A stretch of DNA of 64,000 bases from an uncultured marine group III euryarchaeote (GTDB lineage Archaea > Thermoplasmatota > Poseidoniia > MGIII > CG-Epi1), in assembly GCA_902627615.1 (NCBI GenBank), contig CACOJW010000004.1:11965-75964 (forward strand), written 5' to 3'. Both the position numbers and the translations under genes were made by a program. The notes beneath the pieces were generated by a model. That model was not told the origin of the DNA. It searched no databases and saw nothing but the letters and a program-made list of their open reading frames with translations. Positions 9,120 through 18,496 of this stretch are shown here, piece by piece. Within the stretch, counting starts at the first letter, position 1; each line of letters starts with the position of its first letter.

Positions 9120-11477
9120 ATGAAGATTGAGAAAGTAGCTGTAATCGGCGCAGGATTGATGGGTAGCGGCATTGCCGCACAAGTTGCTAACGCAGGTTTT
9201 CCTGTAACTCTGCTAGATATTGTACCTGAAGGCGCTACCAATCGCAATATAATTGCTGAAAGTGCCGTCAAAAAAATGCTTAAGCCAGTTAAGTTAGGAA
9301 GTCCAACCCCACTCATGCATCGAAAAAATGCAAGACTAATATCTACTGGAAATATAGAAGACAATTTGGATTTAGTTGCAGATGCAGATTTGATAATCGA
9401 AGTAGTTTTAGAAAAAATAGAAGTCAAACATGACGTTTTTAATAAAATAGACAAATTTAGGAAAAAAGGTTCAATAATCACTTCAAACACATCTACAATT
9501 CCAAGAAAGCAATTAGTCGAAGGAATGTCAAAAGCATTTGCTAGAGACTTTATGATTACACATTTCTTCAACCCCCCAAGATATCTAAGATTACTTGAAA
9601 TAGTGGCTGGTGAAGAAGTCAGTCCTGAAAAAATAGAACTAGTGTCTAAATTTTGTGATATAAATTTAGGAAAAGAGATTGTAGTTTGTAATGATACTCC
9701 TGGATTTATTGGTAACAGAATAGGGACTTACTGGACTTTAATTGGAATGATTGAAGCAATCAAATTAGGTTTGTCTGTTGAAGAAGCTGACGCTATTATG
9801 GGAAGACCCATAGGTGCGCCGAAAACAGGAATATTTGGATTAGTGGACGTAGTTGGTCTAGATCTAATACCACATATAACTGAAAGCATGTCTACCAATC
9901 TTCCAAAAAACGACATGTACAACATTGGAGTAAAAGAGCAAAGCGAGTTAGGAATCGACAAAATGCTATCTAAAATGATTAATGAGGGTTACACTGGTAG
10001 AAAAGGAAAAGGGGGATTTTACAGACTAAACCAAAATTCTGGCAAGAGAATTAAAGAATCTAGAAATTTAAAAACTGGAAGCTATTCCAAAGCTACCAAA
10101 AAAGTTGCGCTTGAAAGCATTAAGGCCGGAAAAAAAGGTCTAAAAGCAGTAGTCACACATGAAGATAAAGGTGGAGAATATGCTTGGAAAGTAATTTCTA
10201 AAACTTTAGCATATGCTGCCTCATTGGTTCCTGAAATTACACAAAACATAGTTAATGTAGACATGGCAATGAAAAATGGTTTTTTATGGAAAAAAGGGCC
10301 TTTTGAGATGCTTGATTCCATGGGGCCATCTTGGTTTGCTGATAAGTTAAAAAGCGAAGGTATGGATGTTCCAATCATACTTAAAAACGTAGGCAAGGGA
10401 AATTTCTATTCTGAACAGGGAAATAAAATAAATTACTATTCCACTGATAATAAATATAAGCAAGTTCCGAAACCAGAAGGTTATCTTTCCGTTTCAGACA
10501 TAACCAGAGGCGAAAACGCCATTTACCGAAATCCATCTATCAGATTATGGGATATGGGGGACCATATACTTCTAGCAGAATTTACAAGTAAAATGAATGC
10601 GATTGATCCACTCATAATGGAAGGCCTTACAGAAGCTGCTAATTTATGTGAATCCGGCAATTTCAAAGGTATTGTAATAGGAAATGATGGAACTAATTTT
10701 TCAGCAGGTGCTAATCTAGGTCTTGCAAGTTTCATCTGTAATGTTGGTGCCTGGGATGAAGTAGACAAATTTGTTCAAGGTGGTCAACTGACATTCATGA
10801 GTCTTAAGCACGGAAATTTTCCTGTCGTTGGAGCACCATCTGGATTAGCCCTGGGAGGTGGATGCGAAGTGCTCTTAGCTTGTGATCGAATTCAAGCTCA
10901 TTCAGAAAGTTACATTGGACTCGTTGAAGTCGGTGTAGGTGTAGTTCCTGCTTGGGGAGGTTGTAAGGAAATGTTAAGAAGATGGATTGACGACCCTTCA
11001 TCACCTAAAGGGCCTATGGGAAGTATTGTTAAAATCTTTGAGAATTTAGGTACTGCAAAAGTTGCTAGCAGTGCCCAAGAAGCCAAAGACATGAAATTCT
11101 TATTAGGAAATGATGATATTACAATGAACCGTTCTAGATTACTTAATGATGCAAAAGAAGTTTGCTTGAACATGGTAGAAGATTATTCTCCACCTGAACC
11201 TAGTGGCTATCAGCTTCCAGGCCCATCTGGTAAAGCTGCACTTGATTTAGCAGTTTCAGACTTAGTTAAGGCTGGCCATGCCACACCACATGATGTTGTC
11301 GTGACAAATGAATTGGCTTACGTATTGACTGGTGGAAATACTGACTATTTAGATGAAGTATCTGTCGATAATATATTAGATATGGAGCGAGAAAGTTTTG
11401 TTAAATTAGTAAAAACTGAAGCTACACTAGATAGATTTGAACACATGCTTACAAAAGGTAAGCCACTGAGGAATTAA
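9120..11477 (+). CDS. fused 3-hydroxyacyl-CoA dehydrogenase (N-terminal) / enoyl-CoA hydratase (C-terminal) bifunctional beta-oxidation enzyme
   Basis: N-terminus VAVIGAGLMGSGIA is the NAD-binding 3HCDH domain. The C-terminal third carries a crotonase fold (GNDGTNFSAGANLG...ALGGGCEVLLACD). Domain order is reversed relative to bacterial FadB. Confidence 0.85.
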   Translation: MKIEKVAVIGAGLMGSGIAAQVANAGFPVTLLDIVPEGATNRNIIAESAVKKMLKPVKLGSPTPLMHRKNARLISTGNIEDNLDLVADADLIIEVVLEKIEVKHDVFNKIDKFRKKGSIITSNTSTIPRKQLVEGMSKAFARDFMITHFFNPPRYLRLLEIVAGEEVSPEKIELVSKFCDINLGKEIVVCNDTPGFIGNRIGTYWTLIGMIEAIKLGLSVEEADAIMGRPIGAPKTGIFGLVDVVGLDLIPHITESMSTNLPKNDMYNIGVKEQSELGIDKMLSKMINEGYTGRKGKGGFYRLNQNSGKRIKESRNLKTGSYSKATKKVALESIKAGKKGLKAVVTHEDKGGEYAWKVISKTLAYAASLVPEITQNIVNVDMAMKNGFLWKKGPFEMLDSMGPSWFADKLKSEGMDVPIILKNVGKGNFYSEQGNKINYYSTDNKYKQVPKPEGYLSVSDITRGENAIYRNPSIRLWDMGDHILLAEFTSKMNAIDPLIMEGLTEAANLCESGNFKGIVIGNDGTNFSAGANLGLASFICNVGAWDEVDKFVQGGQLTFMSLKHGNFPVVGAPSGLALGGGCEVLLACDRIQAHSESYIGLVEVGVGVVPAWGGCKEMLRRWIDDPSSPKGPMGSIVKIFENLGTAKVASSAQEAKDMKFLLGNDDITMNRSRLLNDAKEVCLNMVEDYSPPEPSGYQLPGPSGKAALDLAVSDLVKAGHATPHDVVVTNELAYVLTGGNTDYLDEVSVDNILDMERESFVKLVKTEATLDRFEHMLTKGKPLRN

Positions 11478-11478
11478 A

Positions 11479-13287
11479 ATGGTAGAATACAAGGCACCAC
11501 ATAGAGAATATGAATTTATACTAAAAGAAGTTCTCAAAATTGAAGAAGTACTGAGCAAATATCCTGAATACGATGAAGCATCCTGGGATATGATTCAAAT
11601 GATTAGCGAACAATTTGGTAAAATCAACGAAGAATACTGGGTTCCATCAAACAAAGAAGGTGACGAAGTTGGAGCTATATTTGAAGAAGGAAAAGTTATA
11701 GTTCCTGAAAAAATGAAAGAGGCTACTAAAATGGTCATTGAATCTGGCTTGACTCAACTATTTGGACATCAAAAATATGGAGGTATGGAGTTTCCTAATG
11801 TTATGAGTGTTCTCTCTGATGAAATGTCTTGTTCTGCAAACATGGCCCTCGGAGTTTACATGGGTCTAACTAAAGGCGCCTATCACTGTATTAGATATCA
11901 TGGAAGCGAAGAAATAAAAAATATGTATCTTCCTAAATTTGTGAGCGGTGAATGGTTTGGTACTATGTGTCTGACAGAAGCTCACTGTGGTACTGATTTA
12001 GGACTAATACGAACCACTGCTAAACCAGAAGAAGATTATTATTATCTAAACGGGCAAAAAATATTTATTTCCTGCGGTGAACACGATATGGGCGATAACA
12101 TAATACATTTAGTACTTGCAAAGTTACCTGATGCCCCGAAGGGTGTAAAGGGAATTAGCTTATTTTTGGTACCTAAATATGTTGTTAATGAAGATGGATC
12201 AATAGGTGAAAGAAATGGAGTGAACTGTGTCTCCATAGAAGAGAAAATGGGTGTTCACGGTTCTCCGACCTGTGTAATGAGCTTTGAAAATGCAAAGGGA
12301 TATCTTGTTGGTGAAATAAATGATGGGCTTGCTGCAATGTTTTCAATGATGAATACAGAAAGAATAGCTGTTGGGCTCCAAGGACTGGGTTTGGCTGAAA
12401 TAGCATACCAAAATGGTTTAGCCTATGCCAAGGATCGAATTCAAGGTCGAGATCTCAAGGAACCAAGAAATCCTGAAGATGAAGCTGATCCTTTGATTGT
12501 TCATCCTGATGTGAGGAGAATGTTAATGAGATCAAAAGCACTTATTGATTCGGGACGCATGCTCGCGTGCTGGACTGCTCTATCAATAGATAAGTATGAA
12601 AAAGATTCAGATGAGAAAGTTAGGAAAGAGGCTCATGATCTTGTTGAATTAATGACGCCTATTATCAAATCCTTATTGACTGATTATGGTGTTGAGATAA
12701 CCTCTAATATGCTTCAAATTTATGGAGGTCATGGATACATCAAAGAGTACGGAATGGAACAATTCTACAGAGACGTAAGAATAGCGCCAATATGGGAAGG
12801 AACAAATGGAATACAAGCCTTAGATTTAGCAGGTAGAAAAATGCCTCAAGGCATGGGCCGTTTACTTAGAAGATTCTTTCATCCTGCGCTGGACTTTATT
12901 GAGAGAAATAAAGACGACGAGAATTTTAAAGAATTTATTGTTCCTTTTTCAAAGGCATTAAAAGGGTTGCAAAAGACTACAATGTATATGGCACAAAAAG
13001 GTCTTTCTAATCCCTATGAGATTGGAGCTGCTGCAACAGACTACCAAAGACAATTCGGTCTTGTTGCTATGGCATACATGTGGCTTCTAATGCTTAAAGT
13101 AGCATTCACTAAAAGTAATGAAGATAATTATTATAAAAATAAAATAATACTAGCTCGATTCTTTTATGAAAAAATATTACCTGAAACACTATCAATAGCT
13201 ATCACCATTAGCTCAGGGTCGAAAACAATGATGTCTTTACCTGATGAAGGATTTGATAGCATTCATAATTTTACTGGAGCTGCATAA
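11479..13287 (+). CDS. acyl-CoA dehydrogenase (long form, about 600 aa)
   Basis: ACAD motifs (CLTEAHCGTDLG, IYGGHGYIKEYGMEQFYRDVRIAPIWEGTNGIQALDL). Translationally coupled to the upstream fusion gene. Confidence 0.85.
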   Translation: MVEYKAPHREYEFILKEVLKIEEVLSKYPEYDEASWDMIQMISEQFGKINEEYWVPSNKEGDEVGAIFEEGKVIVPEKMKEATKMVIESGLTQLFGHQKYGGMEFPNVMSVLSDEMSCSANMALGVYMGLTKGAYHCIRYHGSEEIKNMYLPKFVSGEWFGTMCLTEAHCGTDLGLIRTTAKPEEDYYYLNGQKIFISCGEHDMGDNIIHLVLAKLPDAPKGVKGISLFLVPKYVVNEDGSIGERNGVNCVSIEEKMGVHGSPTCVMSFENAKGYLVGEINDGLAAMFSMMNTERIAVGLQGLGLAEIAYQNGLAYAKDRIQGRDLKEPRNPEDEADPLIVHPDVRRMLMRSKALIDSGRMLACWTALSIDKYEKDSDEKVRKEAHDLVELMTPIIKSLLTDYGVEITSNMLQIYGGHGYIKEYGMEQFYRDVRIAPIWEGTNGIQALDLAGRKMPQGMGRLLRRFFHPALDFIERNKDDENFKEFIVPFSKALKGLQKTTMYMAQKGLSNPYEIGAAATDYQRQFGLVAMAYMWLLMLKVAFTKSNEDNYYKNKIILARFFYEKILPETLSIAITISSGSKTMMSLPDEGFDSIHNFTGAA

Positions 13288-14111
13288 TGTCTGATAGTGT
13301 TTTCAAAGATAATCTTTTTGAGGGAAAAAGAGTTTTTATCACAGGAGGTGCAACAGGGATGGGGCTAGGATTTGCACAATCTTTTTTGCGACATGGCGCA
13401 AAAGTAATTATTGCCTCAAGAAAAGAAGAAAAATTATCTGAAGCTGCAACATTAACTGAAGAAAAGCTTGGTAAAAAATTACTTTGGAAGCAGATGGATG
13501 TAAGGCAAAATGAAACTGTAAAAGAAATTGCTAAATTTATTGATACTGAATGGGGGGGATTAGACATTCTAATCAATAATGCAGCAGGTAATTTTTTTAC
13601 TCCATTAGCTGCTATGAGTGAAAATGCTTGGAGAGCAGTCATAGATATTGTCCTCGATGGAACATTTCGCGTCTCAAAGGCTTGTTACCCTTTACTAAAA
13701 AAAACAAAAGATGATGCGTCTATAGTAAATATAATTGCAAATTACGCCTGGAATGCTGCACCTTTTGTCGGACATTCTGGAGCCGCAAAAGCAGGCGTGC
13801 TAAATTTGACAAGAACACTAGCTTTAGAATGGGCAAATGACAATATTAGAGTAAATGCATTATGCCCCGGAGTCGTCTTGACGGAAAATGTCAAACGAAA
13901 TTTATTGCTTGACGAGAAAACTACTAAAAATTTTGAAGAATATATTCCAGTAGGTGGAATAACTGATCCGGAAAAAATGGCTCAACAAGTGTTGTACCTT
14001 TGCTCTCCTGCAGCTGATGTCATTACCGGAGATATGCTAATAGCTGACGGTGGACAATGGTTGGTTGGTAATGCTTTCTATCAAATGGGAAAACAACTTT
14101 TAGATGAGTGA
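13287..14111 (+). CDS. short-chain dehydrogenase/reductase (SDR), 2,4-dienoyl-CoA reductase-like
   Basis: ITGGATGMGLGFA Rossmann motif and NNAAGNF. The catalytic region reads GHSGAAKAG and lacks the canonical YxxxK tyrosine, as I recall for DECR-type SDRs. Sits inside the beta-oxidation operon. Confidence 0.55.
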   Translation: MSDSVFKDNLFEGKRVFITGGATGMGLGFAQSFLRHGAKVIIASRKEEKLSEAATLTEEKLGKKLLWKQMDVRQNETVKEIAKFIDTEWGGLDILINNAAGNFFTPLAAMSENAWRAVIDIVLDGTFRVSKACYPLLKKTKDDASIVNIIANYAWNAAPFVGHSGAAKAGVLNLTRTLALEWANDNIRVNALCPGVVLTENVKRNLLLDEKTTKNFEEYIPVGGITDPEKMAQQVLYLCSPAADVITGDMLIADGGQWLVGNAFYQMGKQLLDE

Positions 14112-14541
14112 AAAAAACTGGCCAATAAAAACTGAAATACCTGTTTTATGGGGAGATGTTGATTCTTTTGGACATGTCAACAATATAATCTACCTCAAAT
14201 GGTGTGAAACATCAAGGGTTGAGCTATTTCGTAAGATGTATGATGTAAAGACATTAGATACTGAAAATATTCAACTGGGTAGTGGCGTAGGTCCTATTCT
14301 TGCTAATTTTAACTGCAACTATAGAATCCCTATAAAATATCCTGATGTCATCTACATCAAAACAAGAATCAGCCATATCGGTAATACTTCCTATGGAATA
14401 GAACACAAAATATACTCAAAAAATAACGATGAAAAGATTGTTTTTGACGGAAGTAGTGTGATTGTTATGGTAAACTACAAGAACGAAACTAAATTTAAGC
14501 TAGATTCAGAAATGAAAAAAACATTAGAAAAATTTATGTAA
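14104..14541 (+). CDS. hotdog-fold acyl-CoA thioesterase (4HBT/YbgC-like)
   Basis: 145 aa; the WGDVDSFGHVNNIIYLKW motif is typical of 4HBT-family thioesterases. Overlaps the SDR stop. Confidence 0.6.
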   Translation: MSEKNWPIKTEIPVLWGDVDSFGHVNNIIYLKWCETSRVELFRKMYDVKTLDTENIQLGSGVGPILANFNCNYRIPIKYPDVIYIKTRISHIGNTSYGIEHKIYSKNNDEKIVFDGSSVIVMVNYKNETKFKLDSEMKKTLEKFM

Positions 14542-14549
14542 TATTTACA

Positions 14550-15287
14550 CTATTTTTTTCCTAATTTATTAATAATTTCTTTAGTACTAGATTTATTCAA
14601 AAACTCTATGAAATGCTGAGCTTCGAACTCAATTCTATCGGTAATTGATTCAGTTTCTCTCCTCATTAATGACTTTGTGATTATTAATGATTCTCTCGGC
14701 TTTGTAGCTAATTTCTCGGCTGAATCGACTGCCAAACTTAGCAATTCCTCTCTTTCACAAATTTGATTAATTAATCTATATTCAAGAGCTGTTTTTACAT
14801 CAAATTTATTACCCAGCATAAGCATCTCGACAGCTTTGAGATAACCAGTACGCTTTTCTAATAATTGTGATGACGCAAACTCAGGAACTAAACCAAGATT
14901 TATGAACGGCAACATGAAAATACTACTTTTAGAGGCATACACTAAATCGCAATGGAGTAACATAGTAGTACCAATTCCAACAGCGAACCCATCAACGGCA
15001 GCAACAACTGGTAATGGACAATTTGTTAAAGCTAACATAAATTGGAAAACTGGTGAATTCACATCCACAGGTGGATTTTGAAGAAAATCATTCAAATCAT
15101 TTCCTGCTGTAAAATCATCTCCTCCAAAAATTAAAATAACATTGACGTCAGGATCTTTGGAAGAATTATCAATCAGATTTCCAAGCTCTAAATACATTTT
15201 TTCCGTTAATGCATTTTTTTTATGGCCTCTCTCTAATCTAATCTTTAAAATTTTGTTTTCTTTAGTGGAGCTGACGTAATTAACCAT
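14550..15287 (-). CDS. enoyl-CoA hydratase/isomerase (crotonase family); probable true start at Met24 of the ORF-track protein
   Basis: Crotonase motifs (ERGHKKNALTEKMYLELG...DDFTAGNDL...VAAVDGFAVGIGTTMLLHCD). The ORF-track start at 15356 would overlap the upstream gene end; the internal ATG at 15287 removes the overlap. Confidence 0.7.
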   Translation of the reverse strand: MVNYVSSTKENKILKIRLERGHKKNALTEKMYLELGNLIDNSSKDPDVNVILIFGGDDFTAGNDLNDFLQNPPVDVNSPVFQFMLALTNCPLPVVAAVDGFAVGIGTTMLLHCDLVYASKSSIFMLPFINLGLVPEFASSQLLEKRTGYLKAVEMLMLGNKFDVKTALEYRLINQICEREELLSLAVDSAEKLATKPRESLIITKSLMRRETESITDRIEFEAQHFIEFLNKSSTKEIINKLGKK

Positions 15288-15292
15288 GCTTA

Positions 15293-16339
15293 CTATTCTA
15301 GAGATTGAGTAAAGAAATTTACTAATCTCTCTTCGTATTCTATGGAATCTTCCCAAACTGCATCTACATGACCGCTATCTTCAACCATCCACAAAGTCAC
15401 GTTAGCATCTGCTCCTACTGCTTTATCATAAAACATTTTAGAATGCTCATTCGATATTCTTGCATCACTATCTCCATGAACTAGATACATTGGTCTATCT
15501 CCTGCCCGCGATGCAACTTCTAAAGGAACTCTATCATCTAAATTAACGCCTACTAATCTTTCACCCATAGTAATTGCTGGAGAGGAAAGTATTCTAGGAA
15601 AACCAAGCCGTTCCAATTCATTTCCTACCAAGAGAGGGAAATCTATGATTGCACTATCTAACCACATAGCACCCATTTCTGATTCATCAAAAGCCAATGT
15701 AGATGCTAATGTGTAAGTTGATATACTAAGAATTCCTATCGATTTAGGTTCATAGTCATGCTCATCGATTAACCAATCATATGCTCCTAAAATGTCCAGA
15801 TACTCTTTTTGTCCGAGATAAAAATAATCTGAAACTATTTCACTATGTCCATGATTTCTCAAATCTATCATAAAAACATTGATATTATTCTTAGACAGGT
15901 AGGAAGCTGATAGCAATATCTCTGGCTTACATTTACCATTTTCATATCCCCCATGCACAAAAATAACTACAGGGGATGACGAATTTACCTCAACGTACCA
16001 TCCCTCTAAATTAATCCTATCTCTACTTGTAAAATTAATAATTTCATAAGAATCAAACTGCCACGGTGCTGCATCGAAATTTTTTCGCATTGATATTCGT
16101 TCCTCTGAATCTGGCCAAGGCTCGAATGATTCCCAGTCATCTTCTACAGTCCAATTAGTTGGAGTATTAGTTTCCCAAAGACCACATCCGTGTGGCACTG
16201 TCAAAGCCTGCTTGGCTATGACATGACCTAAACCAAACCAAATCGTTGGAAGGATAAGTAGGATAGTTACTCCAAAACCAATTAGTAAACGTCTACGGCG
16301 CTCACTGAAATCTTTCAATATTTCAATTAATTTAGACAT
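15293..16339 (-). CDS. membrane-anchored alpha/beta-fold hydrolase (esterase/lipase/peptidase-like); true start at internal Met (MSKLIEILK...)
   Basis: N-terminal TM helix (LLIGFGVTILLILPTIWFGLG) then an alpha/beta-hydrolase fold (VIFVHGGYENG; acid in LVHGDSDARI; His in SGHVDA). Serine elbow is non-canonical (GILSIS). The first 48 codons of the ORF-track protein are an alternate frame of the upstream tandem repeat. Confidence 0.6.
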   Translation of the reverse strand: MSKLIEILKDFSERRRRLLIGFGVTILLILPTIWFGLGHVIAKQALTVPHGCGLWETNTPTNWTVEDDWESFEPWPDSEERISMRKNFDAAPWQFDSYEIINFTSRDRINLEGWYVEVNSSSPVVIFVHGGYENGKCKPEILLSASYLSKNNINVFMIDLRNHGHSEIVSDYFYLGQKEYLDILGAYDWLIDEHDYEPKSIGILSISTYTLASTLAFDESEMGAMWLDSAIIDFPLLVGNELERLGFPRILSSPAITMGERLVGVNLDDRVPLEVASRAGDRPMYLVHGDSDARISNEHSKMFYDKAVGADANVTLWMVEDSGHVDAVWEDSIEYEERLVNFFTQSLE

Positions 16340-16349
16340 AATACTGAAT

Positions 16350-18422
16350 CTATTCTTCGTCAGAAGATTCTTCGTTAGAGGATTCTTCGTTAGAAGATTC
16401 TTCGTCAGAAGATTCCTCATTGGATGATTCTTCATCGGATGATTCTGTTTCTTGAGGTATTGCCATTTCTCGCTTATCTTCATCCTCTAAAACTTCTTCA
16501 TCCAGTACTGATTCTGCTGGCCCTTCATTGGCTACAGGCTCTGACATATCAGTGACGTTCACTAAACCACCAGTTTGGTAGTACACATAGAAACCTGCTA
16601 AAAGAGATACAAGAGCTCCACCTATCAAAATTGATGGCAAGGTTTGGGAGCCTAATTTCAAAGTGGCTACACTCTCTTTTTGACTTTCTATTTGATCATC
16701 AACAGTCTTGTCCGTGTAAGCTCCGTTCAAAGTTAAGACTACTACTTCATTACCCTGGTAATATTGGGCCAGGGCTTGTATGTCTGCTGAATCTACTGCT
16801 CCCTCTTTTGCTTCTTCTGTATAGTTTGCTACAATATCCCTAAGCATTAGTTTTGCATAAGGTGTGCCATCATCAGGAACCTTTATCTGAATATCATATT
16901 TTTGATCTAAAACCGTACCTGTAATAGGATCTATCCAAACATCTTCATAATAATCCATGTCTAAACCAGTTTGCAATGTTTCTTGATATAAAGATCCTGA
17001 ATTACCCGAAATATTCTTCTCATCTGCTCTAAAATGGTATGCAACTCCTGCATATGTTCCATTCCATTCAACTTCCTCTACAAATGTATAATTTTGTATG
17101 TGAGGATTGTGCATTGCATTTGGCCAGGCACCATCTTCTGCAGGAACCCAACAGGTTCTATCTGTAGCGCTAATTGTAGAACACATTGGTGCAAAGAAAT
17201 CATAACCCCAACCATCTCCGTCAGGATCATAGTGACCGTCTTCAAATTGAGTTGTTGTTCGGCTGACATTGTAGGTGACATTTACTAATTCTTCCCAAGT
17301 TCCATCTGAAGCCCCAAACTGATTTGTTGGAGATGCCCAACATCCTTCAGAACTTTGTACTCCATAAGAATCACGGAATCCATCCGGCTCGCCTCCCTGA
17401 CCAATAACATCCGGAGTTATGGCAGTTCCATTTTCATCATAAAAGGTCTCAAAAATTCTCAGATATCCCATAATATTGATATATTCGTCTGTCGAACTGT
17501 CCTTCATTACACAACCTGACCTGAATCCAGTAGCATCATAATATCTGTTAATGAATGTAGCAGTGTTCACTCCACCTACTACTCCCTCATACTCTCTAGT
17601 AAAATTAAACTTATTATCTAAATAAACTAATTGTGGGACTTCCATGTAAACTGTAACATTGTAAATCCTGTCAACTACTCCCCCAATTTCTGTACCTACA
17701 ATGTATTCTGCTCTGTAATCAAACCACATAGGTGCTACACCTGGAGAACCCAAATCATTGTAACTCTCAAAAGTTTCCTGCAAGGTTTCTAAATCGCTGC
17801 CTTCTCCAGGAACAAATGTCATCTTCTCATCTTCGCCTGATTGAGCAATACACGTCATAACTTCAAGACCATCTAACATTCTTTTATCTGAACAAGTAAA
17901 ATTATCTGTGTAGTCGCTATTTACAGGATTTGGGAATTCATAAGTTTTACCACTTTCTGGAAGATTAGTTGGCGTCCAAGTCCCTTGCTTACCATCTACT
18001 TCATAACTTTTTCTGTCTAACATAGAGGGATCATCAGTTGTATCAGATATTGTGCCCAACCACTCGCCTTCACCATTTATACCATTCTCAGTAAGACTAA
18101 AATTTTGTGTTAAGATTGTGTAATCATCACCGTCCGGTTTTCCAACTACATTAAGAGTGGCTCCACCATCTACCTTAGCTGCAGTAGGTTCATATGATCC
18201 GCTGCCAACTATATCAAAAAAAGCCCCAGTTCTGTTATCTGCATCTAAATCAAAAGTTTCAATATCTCCTTCGAAATAAAAATCTGCATCGAAATCGTTA
18301 GGAGCTAGTAAACCGTTAGGAACCATTACACCCATTACATATGCAGATATAAGCAGAAATACTGCTCCTAGAGCCACGAGGGCCTGTGCTGTCCATTCCG
18401 GTAAACCACTGCTTTCACTCAT
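16350..18422 (-). CDS. large surface protein: N-terminal signal anchor, about 560-aa Trp/Tyr/Asn/Gly-rich ectodomain with many N-x-S/T sequons, C-terminal TM helix and acidic SSDEE-repeat cytoplasmic tail
   Basis: N-terminal hydrophobic segment (ALVALGAVFLLISAYVMGVM). C-terminal TM (ILIGGALVSLLAGFYVYY) followed by an ESSDEESSNEE... tail. No catalytic motif recognised. Confidence 0.5.
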   Translation of the reverse strand: MSESSGLPEWTAQALVALGAVFLLISAYVMGVMVPNGLLAPNDFDADFYFEGDIETFDLDADNRTGAFFDIVGSGSYEPTAAKVDGGATLNVVGKPDGDDYTILTQNFSLTENGINGEGEWLGTISDTTDDPSMLDRKSYEVDGKQGTWTPTNLPESGKTYEFPNPVNSDYTDNFTCSDKRMLDGLEVMTCIAQSGEDEKMTFVPGEGSDLETLQETFESYNDLGSPGVAPMWFDYRAEYIVGTEIGGVVDRIYNVTVYMEVPQLVYLDNKFNFTREYEGVVGGVNTATFINRYYDATGFRSGCVMKDSSTDEYINIMGYLRIFETFYDENGTAITPDVIGQGGEPDGFRDSYGVQSSEGCWASPTNQFGASDGTWEELVNVTYNVSRTTTQFEDGHYDPDGDGWGYDFFAPMCSTISATDRTCWVPAEDGAWPNAMHNPHIQNYTFVEEVEWNGTYAGVAYHFRADEKNISGNSGSLYQETLQTGLDMDYYEDVWIDPITGTVLDQKYDIQIKVPDDGTPYAKLMLRDIVANYTEEAKEGAVDSADIQALAQYYQGNEVVVLTLNGAYTDKTVDDQIESQKESVATLKLGSQTLPSILIGGALVSLLAGFYVYYQTGGLVNVTDMSEPVANEGPAESVLDEEVLEDEDKREMAIPQETESSDEESSNEESSDEESSNEESSNEESSDEE
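16353..16442 (-). repeat. tandem 15-nt coding repeat (about 6 copies of TTCTTCGTCAGAAGA and variants), encoding SSDEE/SSNEE pentapeptide repeats
   Basis: Read directly: ttcttcgtcagaaga / ttcttcgttagagga / ttcttcgttagaaga / ttcttcgtcagaaga / ttcctcattggatga / ttcttcatcggatga. Confidence 0.8.
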
Positions 18423-18496
18423 AGTTTTGCTTCCATCGCCTGGGCAATAATTTGAGTTTCATTTAATGAAACACTAATTCTGTTGTAATAAAAATC

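Noticed and set aside
7997-11173. Antisense ORFs inside thiolase and the HACD/ECH fusion gene (7997-8386, 8465-8650, 9116-9571, 9728-9961, 10082-10396, 10523-10768, 10804-11004, 10910-11173)
   Set aside because: All lie fully within strongly supported sense-strand enzymes and have low-complexity, Ser/Pro/Leu-rich translations typical of antisense frames in AT-rich DNA.
16340-16483. N-terminal extension MKISEKWQYLKKQNHPMKNHPMRNLLTKNLLTKNPLTKNLLTKN of the ORF-track hydrolase, including an LLTKN x4 peptide repeat
   Set aside because: It is the alternate reading frame of the 15-nt SSDEE tandem repeat at the 3' end of the upstream gene. The hydrolase has a good internal ATG at 16339 followed by a TM helix, so the extension is an ORF-calling artefact, not a real repeat protein.
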